Shown piece after piece: positions 14,174 to 26,759 of a stretch of DNA of 64,000 nt. Position numbers and translations under genes: made by a program. Positions within the stretch are counted from its first letter, which is position 1; each line of letters begins with the position of its first letter. Source of the stretch: Tubiluchus corallicola (taxonomy: Eukaryota; Animalia; Priapulida); NCBI GenBank assembly GCA_030141605.1, contig JAQGDQ010000080.1:372001-436000 (forward strand). The letters run 5' to 3'. The notes below the pieces were generated by a model. The model saw nothing but the letters and a program-made list of their open reading frames with translations. It was not told the DNA's origin and searched no databases.

Positions 14174-17100
14174 CTACAGAATACCACTTTGCAAGTGTTT
14201 TAGAATAAATTCTATACGACTTCCCATTGCAGGTTGACCACTTCTGGTCTTCTTTGAAAATTTCTTTTGTCGCTGCAGTTTCCGTTCATGATATTGTTTC
14301 AGGGCCTTTTTGCTTTCATCCTTTTTCTTGAGAAATATCTAAAAGTTAAATTGTTGATCAGTAGCTGTCTCTAAAATTAAAAGCAGATGCAGGTGTAATA
14401 CTGTTGTATTTTTATCATGGTAAACTCATACTGTAAAAAACAGTGGGAATGTATTTGTACAGTAGGAACAGCCAATGTAGTTTAATTCACAAATTAATAC
14501 TGAAGGCACCTTGACTAAATAATTAAGTGAAGTGAACTGGCTGGACTGTTTCATAGCTGCAGAGAAATGATGTCAGTCATCATTACATCTAATACAGTTG
14601 CTATTTATTAACTTATCTTCAGTAAATTATTATAAGAATGAAGCTCTTGTTTAAAAACTGTGTTAATTGCTGGTTTCATTATTAACTTGGCTTCCAAATT
14701 TTGCATCACAAAATGTTATCATTATATGCTGATTGCACGCACATTTTTTAAAAATTTGGCAAAAATAAGTTTATTAATTATTACTAATCTTTTTATTTGT
14801 ATAAAATTTTATACAGCAGTGTTGTTTTAATATAATTAATATAACAAATAATTTTTGAAAGTAATTGAAAAATAATAATTACTGACCAAGTAGTGTTAAA
14901 CGTTTATCACTTAACCAGCAACTTCTTAGGCTATAACATCACGATTAAAACAGCTTACAAAAAATAATCTGCTATGAATTCAAAATAATTCATCTGAATG
15001 TATATATTTGAATTTTGAACCAAACAGCAGCTGCAGTGGACTGCAGACAACTGCAATTTCATGGTGACATAAATCATTATTATTATTATCTGGTGCATTA
15101 CCAACCTCTTTCTGCAACTGCTTCTCTTTCATTTTCTGTTCATATTGTAATGAAGCTTTCTTGTATGCATTCGCTTTTATAGGCTTCTTCTTGTATTGTG
15201 GAAATCTATAAAAAAACATAGCACAAATTAATTTTTTATAAAAAATGTACCGAGCTTGTGAAAGCTAGACTTTACAAAGAAAGTCTGTTTAATCTGAATA
15301 GAAAGGTCAGTCGAATTAACTGAAACTGGCTTTGTTTTTTTGGGCTATTAATTCACACACAATCAAATGCCTACTCAAGTATTTTTCCATCGAATATACA
15401 GAGAAACACTCCTAGTCAAACTCCTAATGACTCTGGACGTGGTCTACTTGTTTGCTACATGGATATGGTGTGGCCTGAATGAGTCTGAGTTGTTTTGAAC
15501 AACGATGTAAATGTAATCACAATTTCTTGCAGTTAACAGATTAGGAATAGATGGAGAGATCTGCATTCAGGATAATTTCCAACAGCCATTCGTTTTAAAA
15601 ATATTGACTGTTTGACTGTAATTTTGTGACACAATCCAAACTGTTGACACGAAGGAAATTCTGCATCACAGATACTGTAAAAGAGATAATTTCTTAAACA
15701 ATTTCTTAGTGCTGTTACCTGACACTTGAGTTAGTTGAGTCAGTAATCCCCTCATTCAATTGTTGTTGGAATGCTTCTTTTTGATTTTTCTTGTCTTTTC
15801 TCACCTGACGACAATACTCACGAAGTATAACTTTTTTTCTTTTATCAGCAAATCCTTGCCCTACGAATCGAAAGCAGATGTTCTGAACACCCCTCAAAAC
15901 ACAAGCACAAAAACAATACTATTTCTCACTAACTAGGTTTTCTTAGTATTCTGCAGATAAATTATTGATGTGGATTTGATACTATTAATGCAATCAATAT
16001 GCTCCAGCCTCCAGATAAAATTTTAGCACAGAAACTATTTACCTCCTGAACTCTCAGACAAATTTTTACCCCTCATTCTTGTGCTGTGTAATCTTGAAAT
16101 TAAATTTAATGACACATGCTGTTTATTTAACAAAAATCCAGGACTTTTTTATGGATTATTATTCCTCTTTTCACACCCAGTGTGTGGCCTCTGACCTCTT
16201 CTTCTGCAAAGCTAAAGAAATATAAGACTAAGCCTATAATGGTAAGGTTTTCACTAAAGCTTAATAATGACAGCTAAACTGCCTAAAGGGTTGATTTTTT
16301 GTCCAGGACTGTAGTTTTCTGTAAATGTGAATAGCTGTGTGTCATAGGCCCGCTTTCCATGTGCGCATTTACACTGGCAAGTTTCAGACGTGTTTCTGCA
16401 TGAGGCATAATATATTTCCATGTGTATGGGACCGTTAGAACGTTATTAGATCCCATGAAACTGAGTACATACTCCAGCTTCTCTGCTGACAAACTGAAAT
16501 ATTCGTGGTATTTCTGACTGTCCAGTTCGAACTCTGTCACCAGGTGATAGTATGCTCCAAATTCATGTCGTTGTTTAAGTATGTCATGGACCCAGAACCC
16601 GTGGCTCCTGCATTCATACTGAGTGACAGTCTTTGTTAGAGAAGTAACGTCTAAATTTCCAACCTGCTGCTGATCACGATTAAGGTATCTACACAGTCTG
16701 AGCATGCACGAGTGCCCTTTTACCCAACTCGCTAGCAAAAAAGACTGTCTTCGAGCCACTTTTCTGCCTGCAAGAAAATACCAGCATGCGGAAACGCCCA
16801 CATGGAAACAGTGGCACACAGCTGACCATCTGAACTCAAGAAACGTTTTATACTTAAGTATGTTTTTGTCTAGATCCATTCCATTTTTGTCTATAGACAA
16901 AATATTCTCACAGGTATAATTTTTTTCACATTATGCCAGATGAACACTATGTAACAAAAAACTCTATATACATGTATCATCAATCTGACAGGAAGATGCT
17001 GCAGCATAACTGACAATCTTCCTGTGTTGCCAACAAAAATGCACAATCCTATAATAAGAGCTGGACAGTGATGTCACATAAAACAAACACACTTTTACAA

Positions 17101-19476
17101 CTAAAAGATCCATCAATTTACTGTTTGGTAGACCTTATATATAACGAATATTGCTCACAAGTCTATTGAACACAACAGAAGCACAGAAATTGACTAGGGA
17201 ATGCCCATTACAAAAGTTTGTCCTATGAAACAGCTATTTTTAAGAACAGTTTTCTTGGTAGCTTTCTGCACATTTTACAAGGAATGAACTTTAAAATCTT
17301 CATACAAGAATTGAGCGTCATTTGCCACTTTTTTAGCTAAGAAGTCAGCAAATTCATTAAAACACTATTACAATGACCAGGTGCCCCATAGACATGCAAC
17401 CTTAAACAATATTCTGTTAATCAAAGCTTTGACATAATATTTAATACAGTCTGTAGGTTTGACATTGCCAGCCTAATAAGATAATACCAATAATAGACTG
17501 ACTGCCACACAAAACAGCTAAATTTTCAAGATTCAGTACTACTAAATCTAAATCATCACAAACTGTAGAATCATCAAAAGTGTAGTCGACTCAGCAAGAC
17601 GTATAGAACCAGGAACTGCTTCTGATTTTTTTTTTCAGTTGGTGAACAGCAATGCTGTCTCTCAAAATATCAGCTCCAGCTTGACACCAGAATTGCTGGC
17701 AAGAAGCATCAATAAAAGCAAGCAGTGAATTTTCTGGATGATTTCTATTTATGTTCACAGTATAATCTTTAGCTCACAAGAATCTTAAGTTAAGCAGTTT
17801 GTAGCTTTATTCTGTATATTTAAATACATATGTTTATACAAAAAAATCTATAGCTAGATTTTTATGGTCTTCTGGTCTATTTTAAATGTAGTGGAAATAT
17901 TCCAGCATTTAAATTTATCCTTTAAAGCCCAGCAAGCTCCAACTCAAACTCACACTCTGGTACCATCTCACATATATCCTATATATGATGTATATGAAAA
18001 AATGAAGATTCAAATACAGGGCAAGTGCTCTTCACTGAACAAGTTCTAGTAAAAACATGTCATTTTCGTCAGCTAGTTGCCAAACAACATTGCCCGTATT
18101 CTAATTCAGAAAGAATATGTGCTTTGTGGATTCTCAGTAAGCTTTTAGTAGAAACATTTCTTATTTCACAGATGACTGCAAGGGTCTTATTAGCCTTATT
18201 ATTCGCAATGTATGTGGAAGCTGGGTTTTTCATCCAAAGTAATCCCAAGCAGTTTGGGAAAGTGGTTAATCTGTAATTACCATTTCTGTTACCATAGTCG
18301 GTTTTCATTAACAATATAAGAGTATAAGAAACTCTACTAAAAATTTTAATTCACAGTTTTAGCTATTGAGTAGTATGCACCATAAATAGCACCAACGAAT
18401 TATTTTTTTACATTACCTCACACTTTTAAGGCTAATCCATTAACACCAGAGCAAGTATGCCATAAGTTACCATATCATCAGCATATTTACAATTATTAAT
18501 TTTTACAAATTTTAAAATAAATTATCAGATATAAAAATATTGAACAAAGATAGGTAACAAAATGCTACCTTGAGGCAATCAAATAAAATCACGCATTCTT
18601 CACTTAAAAATTACCTAATAAGCACTTACGCAATGCTTCTATTTAAATAGAAAGCCGTTAATCCATGTCCTCATCTGCATCGAATAACTTAACTAGAAGC
18701 CTATCCCTCCATACAAAATTGTATGCTTTATGTAAATCTAAAAATCCAGCAACAGTTTTTCCTCTTTTTGGAAACTAAGGAAATCATTTTCTACTAATTT
18801 TAGCACAGAATGACTTGTTGAGCAACACTGCTTGAAGCCACCTTGTTCTTCATCAACGATATTATATTCAGATAGTGTAAAGCCATCCTTTAGATCAATT
18901 TGCAGATGAAAGGTTAAACTTATGGGGTGATATGAAGGGTCATAGTAACAGTCTTTGCTTGTTTCCTAATAAACTTGGCATTAGCCGACGTCCACACTGA
19001 AGAGACCCGAAACAAAATGAATGGTTTCACGAGCTACTATCGGAGTTTCAAAATACAAGTCTTTTGCAATTGCAGTACTAGTTTCTAGCATGAAAAATGG
19101 GGTTATAAAATTAGGTTTTTAGCATTTTTGATAGTATTTTAGTATTGATGATAATTAATATGAAATTAATTATTAGAATATAGAAATCCAATATATTTAG
19201 CGTTTGTTCTTATATTGACATTTGACCTAATTTTTGGTACATTCTACTTTGAAGCATAATAACGCAGTTTTAACTATGCCGACTTGTGGACGGATTTGAT
19301 TTGCAAGCACACATAATTATGTTAAAATCATAAGATTCAAGGCTTAGATTTAATGTTAACAACAACTACTGTTTACCCGTTAATCTATTCCCAATAAACC
19401 AGTTAGTATCACCATTCCTCTTCCCTGCTTTTGGTTGCTGTTTTGTGTTGTGACTGGCTTTTTTCGAGGTTTCCAT
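14174..19476 (-). CDS. CCDC59: Thyroid transcription factor 1-associated protein 26 homolog (TAP26/CCDC59, Fyv7/rRNA-processing family), 168 aa
   Basis: Four phase-consistent exons: 19377-19476 (ATG), 15719-15860, 15106-15205, 14174-14338 (TAG); 507 nt in total. Protein reads ...WFIGNRLTGQGFADKRKKVILREYCRQVRKDKK...KKKPIKANAYKKA...KKFSKKTRSGQPAMGSRIEFILKHLQ, carrying the GQGFA..RK and KKT..GQP.M...+E.+L motifs of TAP26. Confidence 0.85.
16347..16815 (-). mobile_element. Degenerate non-autonomous PIF/Harbinger-derived element carrying a transposase N-terminal fragment
   Basis: Minus-strand FWVHDILKQRHEFGAYYHLVTEFELDSQKYHEYFSLSAEKLEYVL resembles the Harbinger/HARBI1-type N-terminus (WV....R...G.+..L..EL......F..YFRM). 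Imperfect terminal inverted repeats ggcccgctttccatgtgcgcattt / aaacgcccacatggaaacagtggc. Lies in TAP26 intron 1. Confidence 0.65.
17860..18890 (-). mobile_element. Degraded non-LTR retrotransposon RT fragment
   Basis: Minus-strand remnants IVDEEQGGFKQ..., TVAGFLDLHKAYNFVWRDRLLVKL and HKAHILSELEYG are typical LINE RT motifs, interrupted by stops. Boundaries approximate. Confidence 0.65.
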
Positions 19477-22315
19477 AATAATATAATCATGGCTTTCAGC
19501 ACGAACTACACATGTATTAATAAAGAGAGGGCAGACATAGTTAATGGTGCTGCTACCTTTTAGTCGTTTAAGTTAACGTTTACCATTTACGACCATTGGT
19601 TGAGCTTTGCGTTATTTTCATCAATTAAATTAAAATCAGGACCTGTTTGATCTATGCTTAAGTCTATAGCTCCTGAACCTCATCTCTTAATGAAAATTTC
19701 TTTACGTGTATCGCTCACGTGAATCATGTTTATGTAGCTTAGTACTTTTCATTAATAATAAGTGCTATATCTTCGCGATAATAATGCCTAATTGATACAA
19801 AGAAATGCCAGCTCTCCGTATTGTGAAGTATACACAAAAAATATAACACAACATTTCAAGTTGTTGTGGGAATACAAATACAACAAGTAAGAGTACAGAA
19901 CAGTTTCCCGCACCAACTTGAAACTATTGCTCAGTCAACTGAGAACATATTAATATCATACCCTCAATATTTAGTGTGAACACTGATCATCCTGTACCTC
20001 TCACAGCCTGCAGTCTTGAGGGGTATGATCGGGAATCAAATGATCAGGGTCAAGCTCATGATCGCCCAGCATATTAAATTTTTGCAGATGTCTCATAAGC
20101 TTGACTTTTGAATATCCATCAATGGTATGTATTTGGCTTATCAGCCTCCACTCTGTCTCAAGCCATTCGGCTCCATCTGCTTCACAACCACATCTCTCGA
20201 GATTGCAGTCTGTACGAAACACAAAAGGCTTTTGCGCTAAATATTGAGGACTTGATAGATCCTTAAATGATTGAGTAAAACTTTGATGCAATAATAACCC
20301 CTAACAAATGGTCTTGTATACGCTACATTCATACAGTTTCGGGTTTGGTAGCATTTTGTCGTATTGTTTAATGGTTAGTCACCTCATAAATTTTGTATAA
20401 CATTGCTTCATCTTAGTAACTTTTTTGTTCAGTCGCACAAGCTTTGTTTCTCTGCATAAGGTATACTTAAGATACCTGCTAATGTTATTTTTTTGTCTCG
20501 CTGTTAAGGCTATTCCTTCATGTGGTTGAAATAATAATTACCTCAGAAAAATGATTTCAAAGTATAGTTGGAAGCATTGTATATGGCTGGCACAAAATTT
20601 AATAAATTTGGTTTGTAAAAGTGAAATTTTAATGTGTTTAAATTAATCCGTAATATTTTATGACTACAAATGTCAAATGTGCGTAATTACTTACTCATCT
20701 GTAAAATTTATTAATCAAAATAATTATATTTGATGGAAAATATTGTTTCCTATGGTAACAACGTGAATAACGCCTTTCAAATTAAGACCTGATAAAATAC
20801 ACGCATGGATTGGTATGTAGATTAATGGGGATAACTCAACGTTAGACGAAAAAGTAGAACCGCGCTGCATCCTTTTCACCTCGAATTTTACAAACATCTT
20901 TTTGTGTATAAGCTAGGCTGCAAATACAGCTGGTCAATTTCATTGCGTCGGTAATGGACTTGCTATGAACATGGCTTTGCGTACACTGAACAGTCCTATA
21001 ATAAGTACGTCATGACAAGAGTGAACTGATGCTCATTTGCACTGCACTCAAGTTTAGGTTAGCGGTGAATTGTTATTCACACGCCAATCAAGGCAACAAT
21101 GAAAAAGTTGTTCCAACGCCGTATTATTTTTAATTTATTCACAACCTCGTTTTTTGCGAAAACGGATAACTTGGGCCTACGTTCAGTACACCATGTACAG
21201 ACATTAAAAGTACAACATTGCGGCATAGTTTTGATTCTTGTCTTTGATTGTGATTATTACTATCTTCGTAATGGGCATATTATTACTAAAATATTCTACT
21301 GAAAAGCAATGTGGGCGCCAATATATTTAAACTGAATCAATTTGTGAATGTATTATTGGTCCTACTCAGTGATGCCATGTGATGTTGATGTGGTTTAGAT
21401 GGCCATGGCAGTCAGGGCCAGGCAAGCATAAAAGGAACCTCTTAAGACAACTTCTACTTAGGCTTACTCACTGTACTTCTGTAATTACTTAGCAACATAC
21501 TCTCCGATCTGTTTGTATTATGTTGCAGAAGATCTATTCACGCCAAGAACACACTTGACCCTGGATATATAGAGCCAGTAGATCCCCCAGTCAAAGCTTA
21601 GGGTCTTGAGTTTGGGTCTAATTTGACTTGGCTGTGCAGATTTCTTAATAGCAATGATGGTTTTCACGTTTGGATTAGAATATAAGAGGACTGCTTTGGA
21701 AATAAGTTTGTCTACTTACTGCCATGTCAGGTATGCTCGAAGTGCAAGTGATGCCTGATTCGCATGTGTAGCTGTTATTATGTTTACATAGATGCTTGTA
21801 TAATATGTTCTTGGCATCAATTTATTAACTAATCCTTGTACATAGTTTTGTTATTGTACCTGAGTACGAATAAATAGTAATAGTTGTTTTAACTTCGTTT
21901 TTATTTCAAACGTCAAATGCAAATATGATAAAGCAATGGATTTTGTAAATACAGTACTCATTACTTGTATTTTAAAAAATTTGTTGACGTGTGTATCTGT
22001 TGATTATTGTTTATCGCTCTAGACGCAAGTAGCACCATCTATCCACTAAAATACAAACTCATACAATAGTAATGGTGTGGAGCTTTTTTGTTTTCGTTGT
22101 TTCTTTTCTTCCCCTTTTCTCCTTTTCCCCTTTCTTCTGTACTTAGTGCATTTGTTCGAGTGAGTGGGCTTAGGACATAACATATTTTCAGTTTTCGCTT
22201 TGTTGTGTTATTCTAGCGAAATTGTTCATCTAGCCACGATTAACTGTTTTTGAGGATAGAGGAGTTGCGGTCGAAATCCAAGAAAGTTCTAATTCCACCT
22301 CATCACTCCAATGTG

Positions 22316-22342
22316 ATGTGTGTGTGTGTGTGTGTGTGTGTG
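22316..22342. repeat. (TG)n microsatellite
   Basis: Directly visible TG dinucleotide run. Confidence 0.95.
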
Positions 22343-23099
22343 CACACGAGGAAATGCTTTATAAACAATAATATTAATGTTATTGCAAATGTTGTGGATC
22401 TCTGAGGAAGAAAAAGATGCAAAGGAGGTATTTTTAGCAATGTTGCAAAAGGAAATTCCCGAAATTTAAGTTGGACTGAAAACATAAAAGAAACAGCAGA
22501 GATGTATGAAATAGACATAAATAGGGAGAGATCAAAAATGAATAATTGAATCTAAATGAAAGTGAGAAGTGAAAGTTGCTACAACAGTAAATATCTGAAA
22601 CACATTGTCAGAAAATGAAAAAAACTGAGATTTATGGAAAATGCCTCAGGAAAGTGGAATAATTTAGTGGATTATATAATTAAGTGTAACCAAAAAACAA
22701 TCTTTGAAATAACAGAATGGAAACTGAATGATTAAAGTGAAAACTGATTTCAAAAATAAATTTTAGGACAACGTGAAATGCCTTTGGGGGAAATTCATGA
22801 TAATAATAATTGAACATTTACTAACAATTGTCAGAAAGCTATAAATATAGTGAGTTATGTAAAGAAGATATAGAGTTAGGTTCAAAAACATTTGAAACAG
22901 AAAAATTGGTAATGAGATAATGATCAATACCAAAATACGGAAAGTAATGACAGATAGTTAGATAGAAAGCGGGTTTAGAAATTTAGTATCATAATGTCTA
23001 AACTAGGTTGTGGGTACACATTGTTAAATGTAGAATTTTTGGCTCCCTATTAGGACTTCCACTTTTCTTCCGTCTTTGCCTATTAACATTATTGCGGTA

Positions 23100-23891
23100 G
23101 AGAGGCCAGTGCGAATCGCCCGTACAAGGGGGTGGCGGCACCTTTCGGCAGTAACTAAAACTAGGGAAGCTGAAGAAAGAGAACTCAGAACTAAGAAGTG
23201 AACGTTCGCACTTTGTAGTGTAAGATAAAGAAATATGTCAGCTTCCACGTGAAGTTTTTATGAGGCTTCTTTGTTTTCGATCTGACTTGAACAGTAATTG
23301 AAGCAATTGCAAGGTATTACTCTGTTAAAGTTGGTTAGTTGTACATGATTACTTTGTAAAATAGTTTAGTCAAATTGTTTACTGATTTTGTTTAGGTGTC
23401 CCGGAATCAGCCTGTCAGGTAGGCATGATTTATGATACAAATATTTCATCCCCTTGGTTACTTTACTTCAGTACCATCGTTATTTTTGTGCAGTGAATCG
23501 CCGTCATTAGTCTAATGAAACTACAGCATGGTTAATTATAATATAGCAATATTTACGTAATTAGAAAGCACTTAATAACTAACCAAGTAAAGGGCAGCCT
23601 TCATTTTTCCTCATAATTCTTCAATGCTTTTATTGTCGAAAATAGAAAGTTACATTTCTAAAATTAATGGTTCTGAAATATTTGAACTTTAATATAGTTT
23701 ACAGAGGTGGTATGTCATGGCTTACTAATAAAATTTTATTTAGGCCTATTTTTCTTTTCAGATGGCAATAGTTGGTAAAAAATTTCACACGGTCTTTCTT
23801 GGTTTGTAGATTAAACAGTACATTCATCTTCACACTTCTTATTTCGATGCAACGTTCACACGTACAGTAGATAACAACCATTCAAAGAAAA
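23100..23891 (+). other. Probable spliced 5' UTR of the zinc-finger gene (exon ending at 23313; 23-nt micro-exon 23396-23418)
   Basis: Donor aag|gtatta at 23313/4, acceptor ttttgtttag at 23395, donor cag|gtaggc at 23418/9, and a possible acceptor (cagtag) about 20 nt before the ATG at 23892. The start coordinate is approximate. Confidence 0.45.
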
Positions 23892-26759
23892 ATGGATGTG
23901 GCAACTGTTATATATTATAAATGTACAGCCTGCTCAGATTGTTTTATGAACGAGCAGTCATTTGTTAATCACACACGCAGCATTCACTGCAAAATACTAA
24001 TTTGCCAAGGACACAATGCTGGTCAAGATGTGTGTAAAGAGACCGGTTTTCGAGAACAGGATGGCTTCAAACAGAAGGATCCAATTATTGTAAAAATTGA
24101 ACATGCAGACAATAGTCAATTGAACAATAATATAACAAGTAGTAGCCAATGTGATATTCAAGAAATTTTATATAATCACAATGGTATTACTACACAGACA
24201 ATTTACCACAGTGGCAGTCTTCTTAATAGGCAGCAGTCCACACTTTCTAATTACAATAGTGCAAATGTCGGTGGGTCTTCAAGTTTGGATCAGCCAGCTT
24301 ATACGTTTTACTCCCTAGGGCAAGAAAATATTACTGGGCACAGTGGTGCACAGCTTACGCAAGCCAACCTGCTAGCCGCACAACCCAGCAACAATCATCG
24401 TATGGGCCATGATGTTATTGCAGTTCATGATAATTCTCAGACTGTTACTGTTAGTCAAGTACCTTCAGGAACACCTGTCTTTTCTGATATTAATAATATG
24501 GTCTTGGGTACAATTCCAGTGGATCTTAGCGTACCACAACTACAATGGAATGCAGGCAATACACAACCTGCAACAAATGTACGAAAACGTAGTAGTAGAG
24601 CACATAGACGTAAACCAGCATGGCCAGTCGCAATCCGACCTGCAACTTCGCAGGTCATTTCTGAAGACGAAGATGCAGAACAAGATGTATCGACCACACT
24701 CCTTGCCCCACCAATCGACAAGTCACTTGTGAATGAGATTAATGATATCACTGCAGACACAAATGGAATCAACACGTCTGATGAAACAGTATCTACGGAG
24801 CAACCGGTTAATATTAAAACCGAAACAATTACCTTGGATAATGAAGATGATGATAATATAGCTTCCAATTCTATGCAGACGAGCAATCATGATCTTCGCC
24901 AAAACAGCTATCCTCCTAAACTTTCCCACCGCAGCATCACTGTACGGGGCGCTCACATGCGGATGCGGAACTTCTCATTTCAACATGGATCAGGCCAGTA
25001 TAAGTGTCACTTATGTGACAAGTCGTTCCAGTTTCCATCACTTCTGCGAATGCATCAGCGCTACCACACTGGGGAACGCCCTTATATCTGTGATGAATGT
25101 GGATCTGCTTTTCGTATCAAGGGCACTCTAAAGGTGGGTGTTACATTTGATATTAGGCATTTTTCGCATGAAGACTTTTTGACAAAGTTATGCATTTTTT
25201 GACAGACAGTTTGATGTACTAAGTGAAGGGTAAACCAGAACAGAGAACATTTGAAAACAGATAAGTTAGGGATGGAGGCATAGGCGTAGACAGTGTTTGG
25301 AGTCAATAGGCCCATGTATGTCTGTGACTTGAACAGTGGTCTGTAACTTGAACAGATAGTGGTCTTGTCTAGCAAGATGTACTTCTCTATTGTGAGTGAG
25401 TTTTTGTGCGAAGTTCAAGACTGAATCCTGTACCGTCAAGTTCTAAATGTAGCTACTTTCTGTGTTTGTATGATTATTGCCAAAAAAATAATGAAAATAA
25501 TATGAAAACTCTTTTTATCTTTCTGCATCCACAAACTTTGTGTCTAAACCTCAAGTCTTGCTCCTGTATCTATCCTGCACATCTCTAAATTGTAGTGAGA
25601 CCCTGTGATCGCAACTCATTTTCTGTACCCATACGGTTTGTGCCCAAACTTGCCCGATTTTACATATCATGAGTCAAAACCTTCATTGATGAAAAATCCC
25701 CGTAACCCTATAAATCTAATCTTTGTGCCATATATGCTGACTATTATAATAATAACAAGATGAGATTTCATGCACATTGCAGCTAATCTGTGACATTTTG
25801 TAGCAGTTTCTGATATTATTAATGTAATATGGGGAAGAGACATTAGACTGTTTGATTTGCTTAACAATTAACACATTACTCCATTCACTCCACATTTTCT
25901 AACCTTGACTTAGTATGTCATCATGTCGATAAATGCCATAATTCACAGTTAGTAAAAAAGTTAAATTATTTGTCATTTGTTAATGTATATATTTTTGTAG
26001 GTTCATCAACGTATTCACACAGGGGAACGTCCTTATAGATGTGATCAGTGTGATGCAGCATTCACTCAATCTCATTGTCTGAAGTCACACAAGCAAAAGA
26101 AACACGGTCGGTCTTCCGGTGGTCGCCAGCATCTGCTGGGTCATTCCAACAGGTCAGGAGTGGGACGTGGTGCTCTTGGACACTGGAGACGACGTACTGC
26201 TAACCAGGCTGGGGACGAAGGTATCAAGTGCGAACATTGCAGTAAGGTATTTAAATTTCCCTGCTTGCTGCGCTTGCATGAAAGGGTCCACACAGGGGAG
26301 CGACCATTTAAGTGTGATGAATGTGATGCTGCATTCACACAGAACCACTGTCTGAAGTCACATCAAGAGCGTATCCATGGGAAGGTGCTTCCTTCGAAAA
26401 GCCCTCCACGACGCCTTGCGGATGCGCGTGATGTATCCGTCACGCTCGTTCCTTTTCCTGGTACGCGGCGCAGCTATGCGGATCCGGATCCTAAGCCATA
26501 CCAGTGTGATGAGTGCACGGCGGCATTTCGCAGCAAAAGCGTGCTTTTGATTCATCAGCGTACGCACACGGGTGAAAGGCCCTATCCGTGCGATCACTGC
26601 GATTCCGCATTCACCCAAGCACATTGCCTGAAGTCGCACATGGAGAACATTCACGGCGTCATTGCAGAGAAACGACACAAATGCAGTGTCTGCGGCGAAA
26701 ACTTTGAAAAGCTGCAAGGCTTGAAGATCCACAAAAACTGGAAGCATAAAACAACTTAG
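23892..26759 (+). CDS. C2H2 zinc-finger protein (about 666 aa; 1 N-terminal and 8 C-terminal fingers)
   Basis: Exons 23892-25133 and 26001-26759. The phase-0 intron (aag|gtgggt ... tttgtag|gtt) splits finger 2 as TLK|VHQRIH. Repeated CxxC-x12-H-x3/4-H motifs with TGERPY/F linkers. Confidence 0.9.

Noticed and set aside
16195-16211. Possible TAP26 micro-exon (tttctttag ctttgcagaagaagag gtcaga)
   Set aside because: Inclusion breaks the frame; exons 1 and 2 join in phase without it.
16283-16900. 205-aa minus-strand ORF as an independent gene
   Set aside because: Only its middle is meaningful (Harbinger transposase fragment); the rest reads through TIRs and intron sequence.
20001-20291. 96-aa minus-strand ORF upstream of TAP26
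   Set aside because: Non-ATG start, no recognisable domain and no supporting splice structure; cannot be supported without a homology search.
22350-23000. A-rich stretch faintly resembling the endonuclease region of the LINE at 57.6 kb
   Set aside because: Similarity is limited to short words (atgcctcagga..., gattatataat); too decayed to call.
24409-26747. Several alternative-frame and antisense ORFs over the ZnF exons
   Set aside because: Shadows of the real coding frame.
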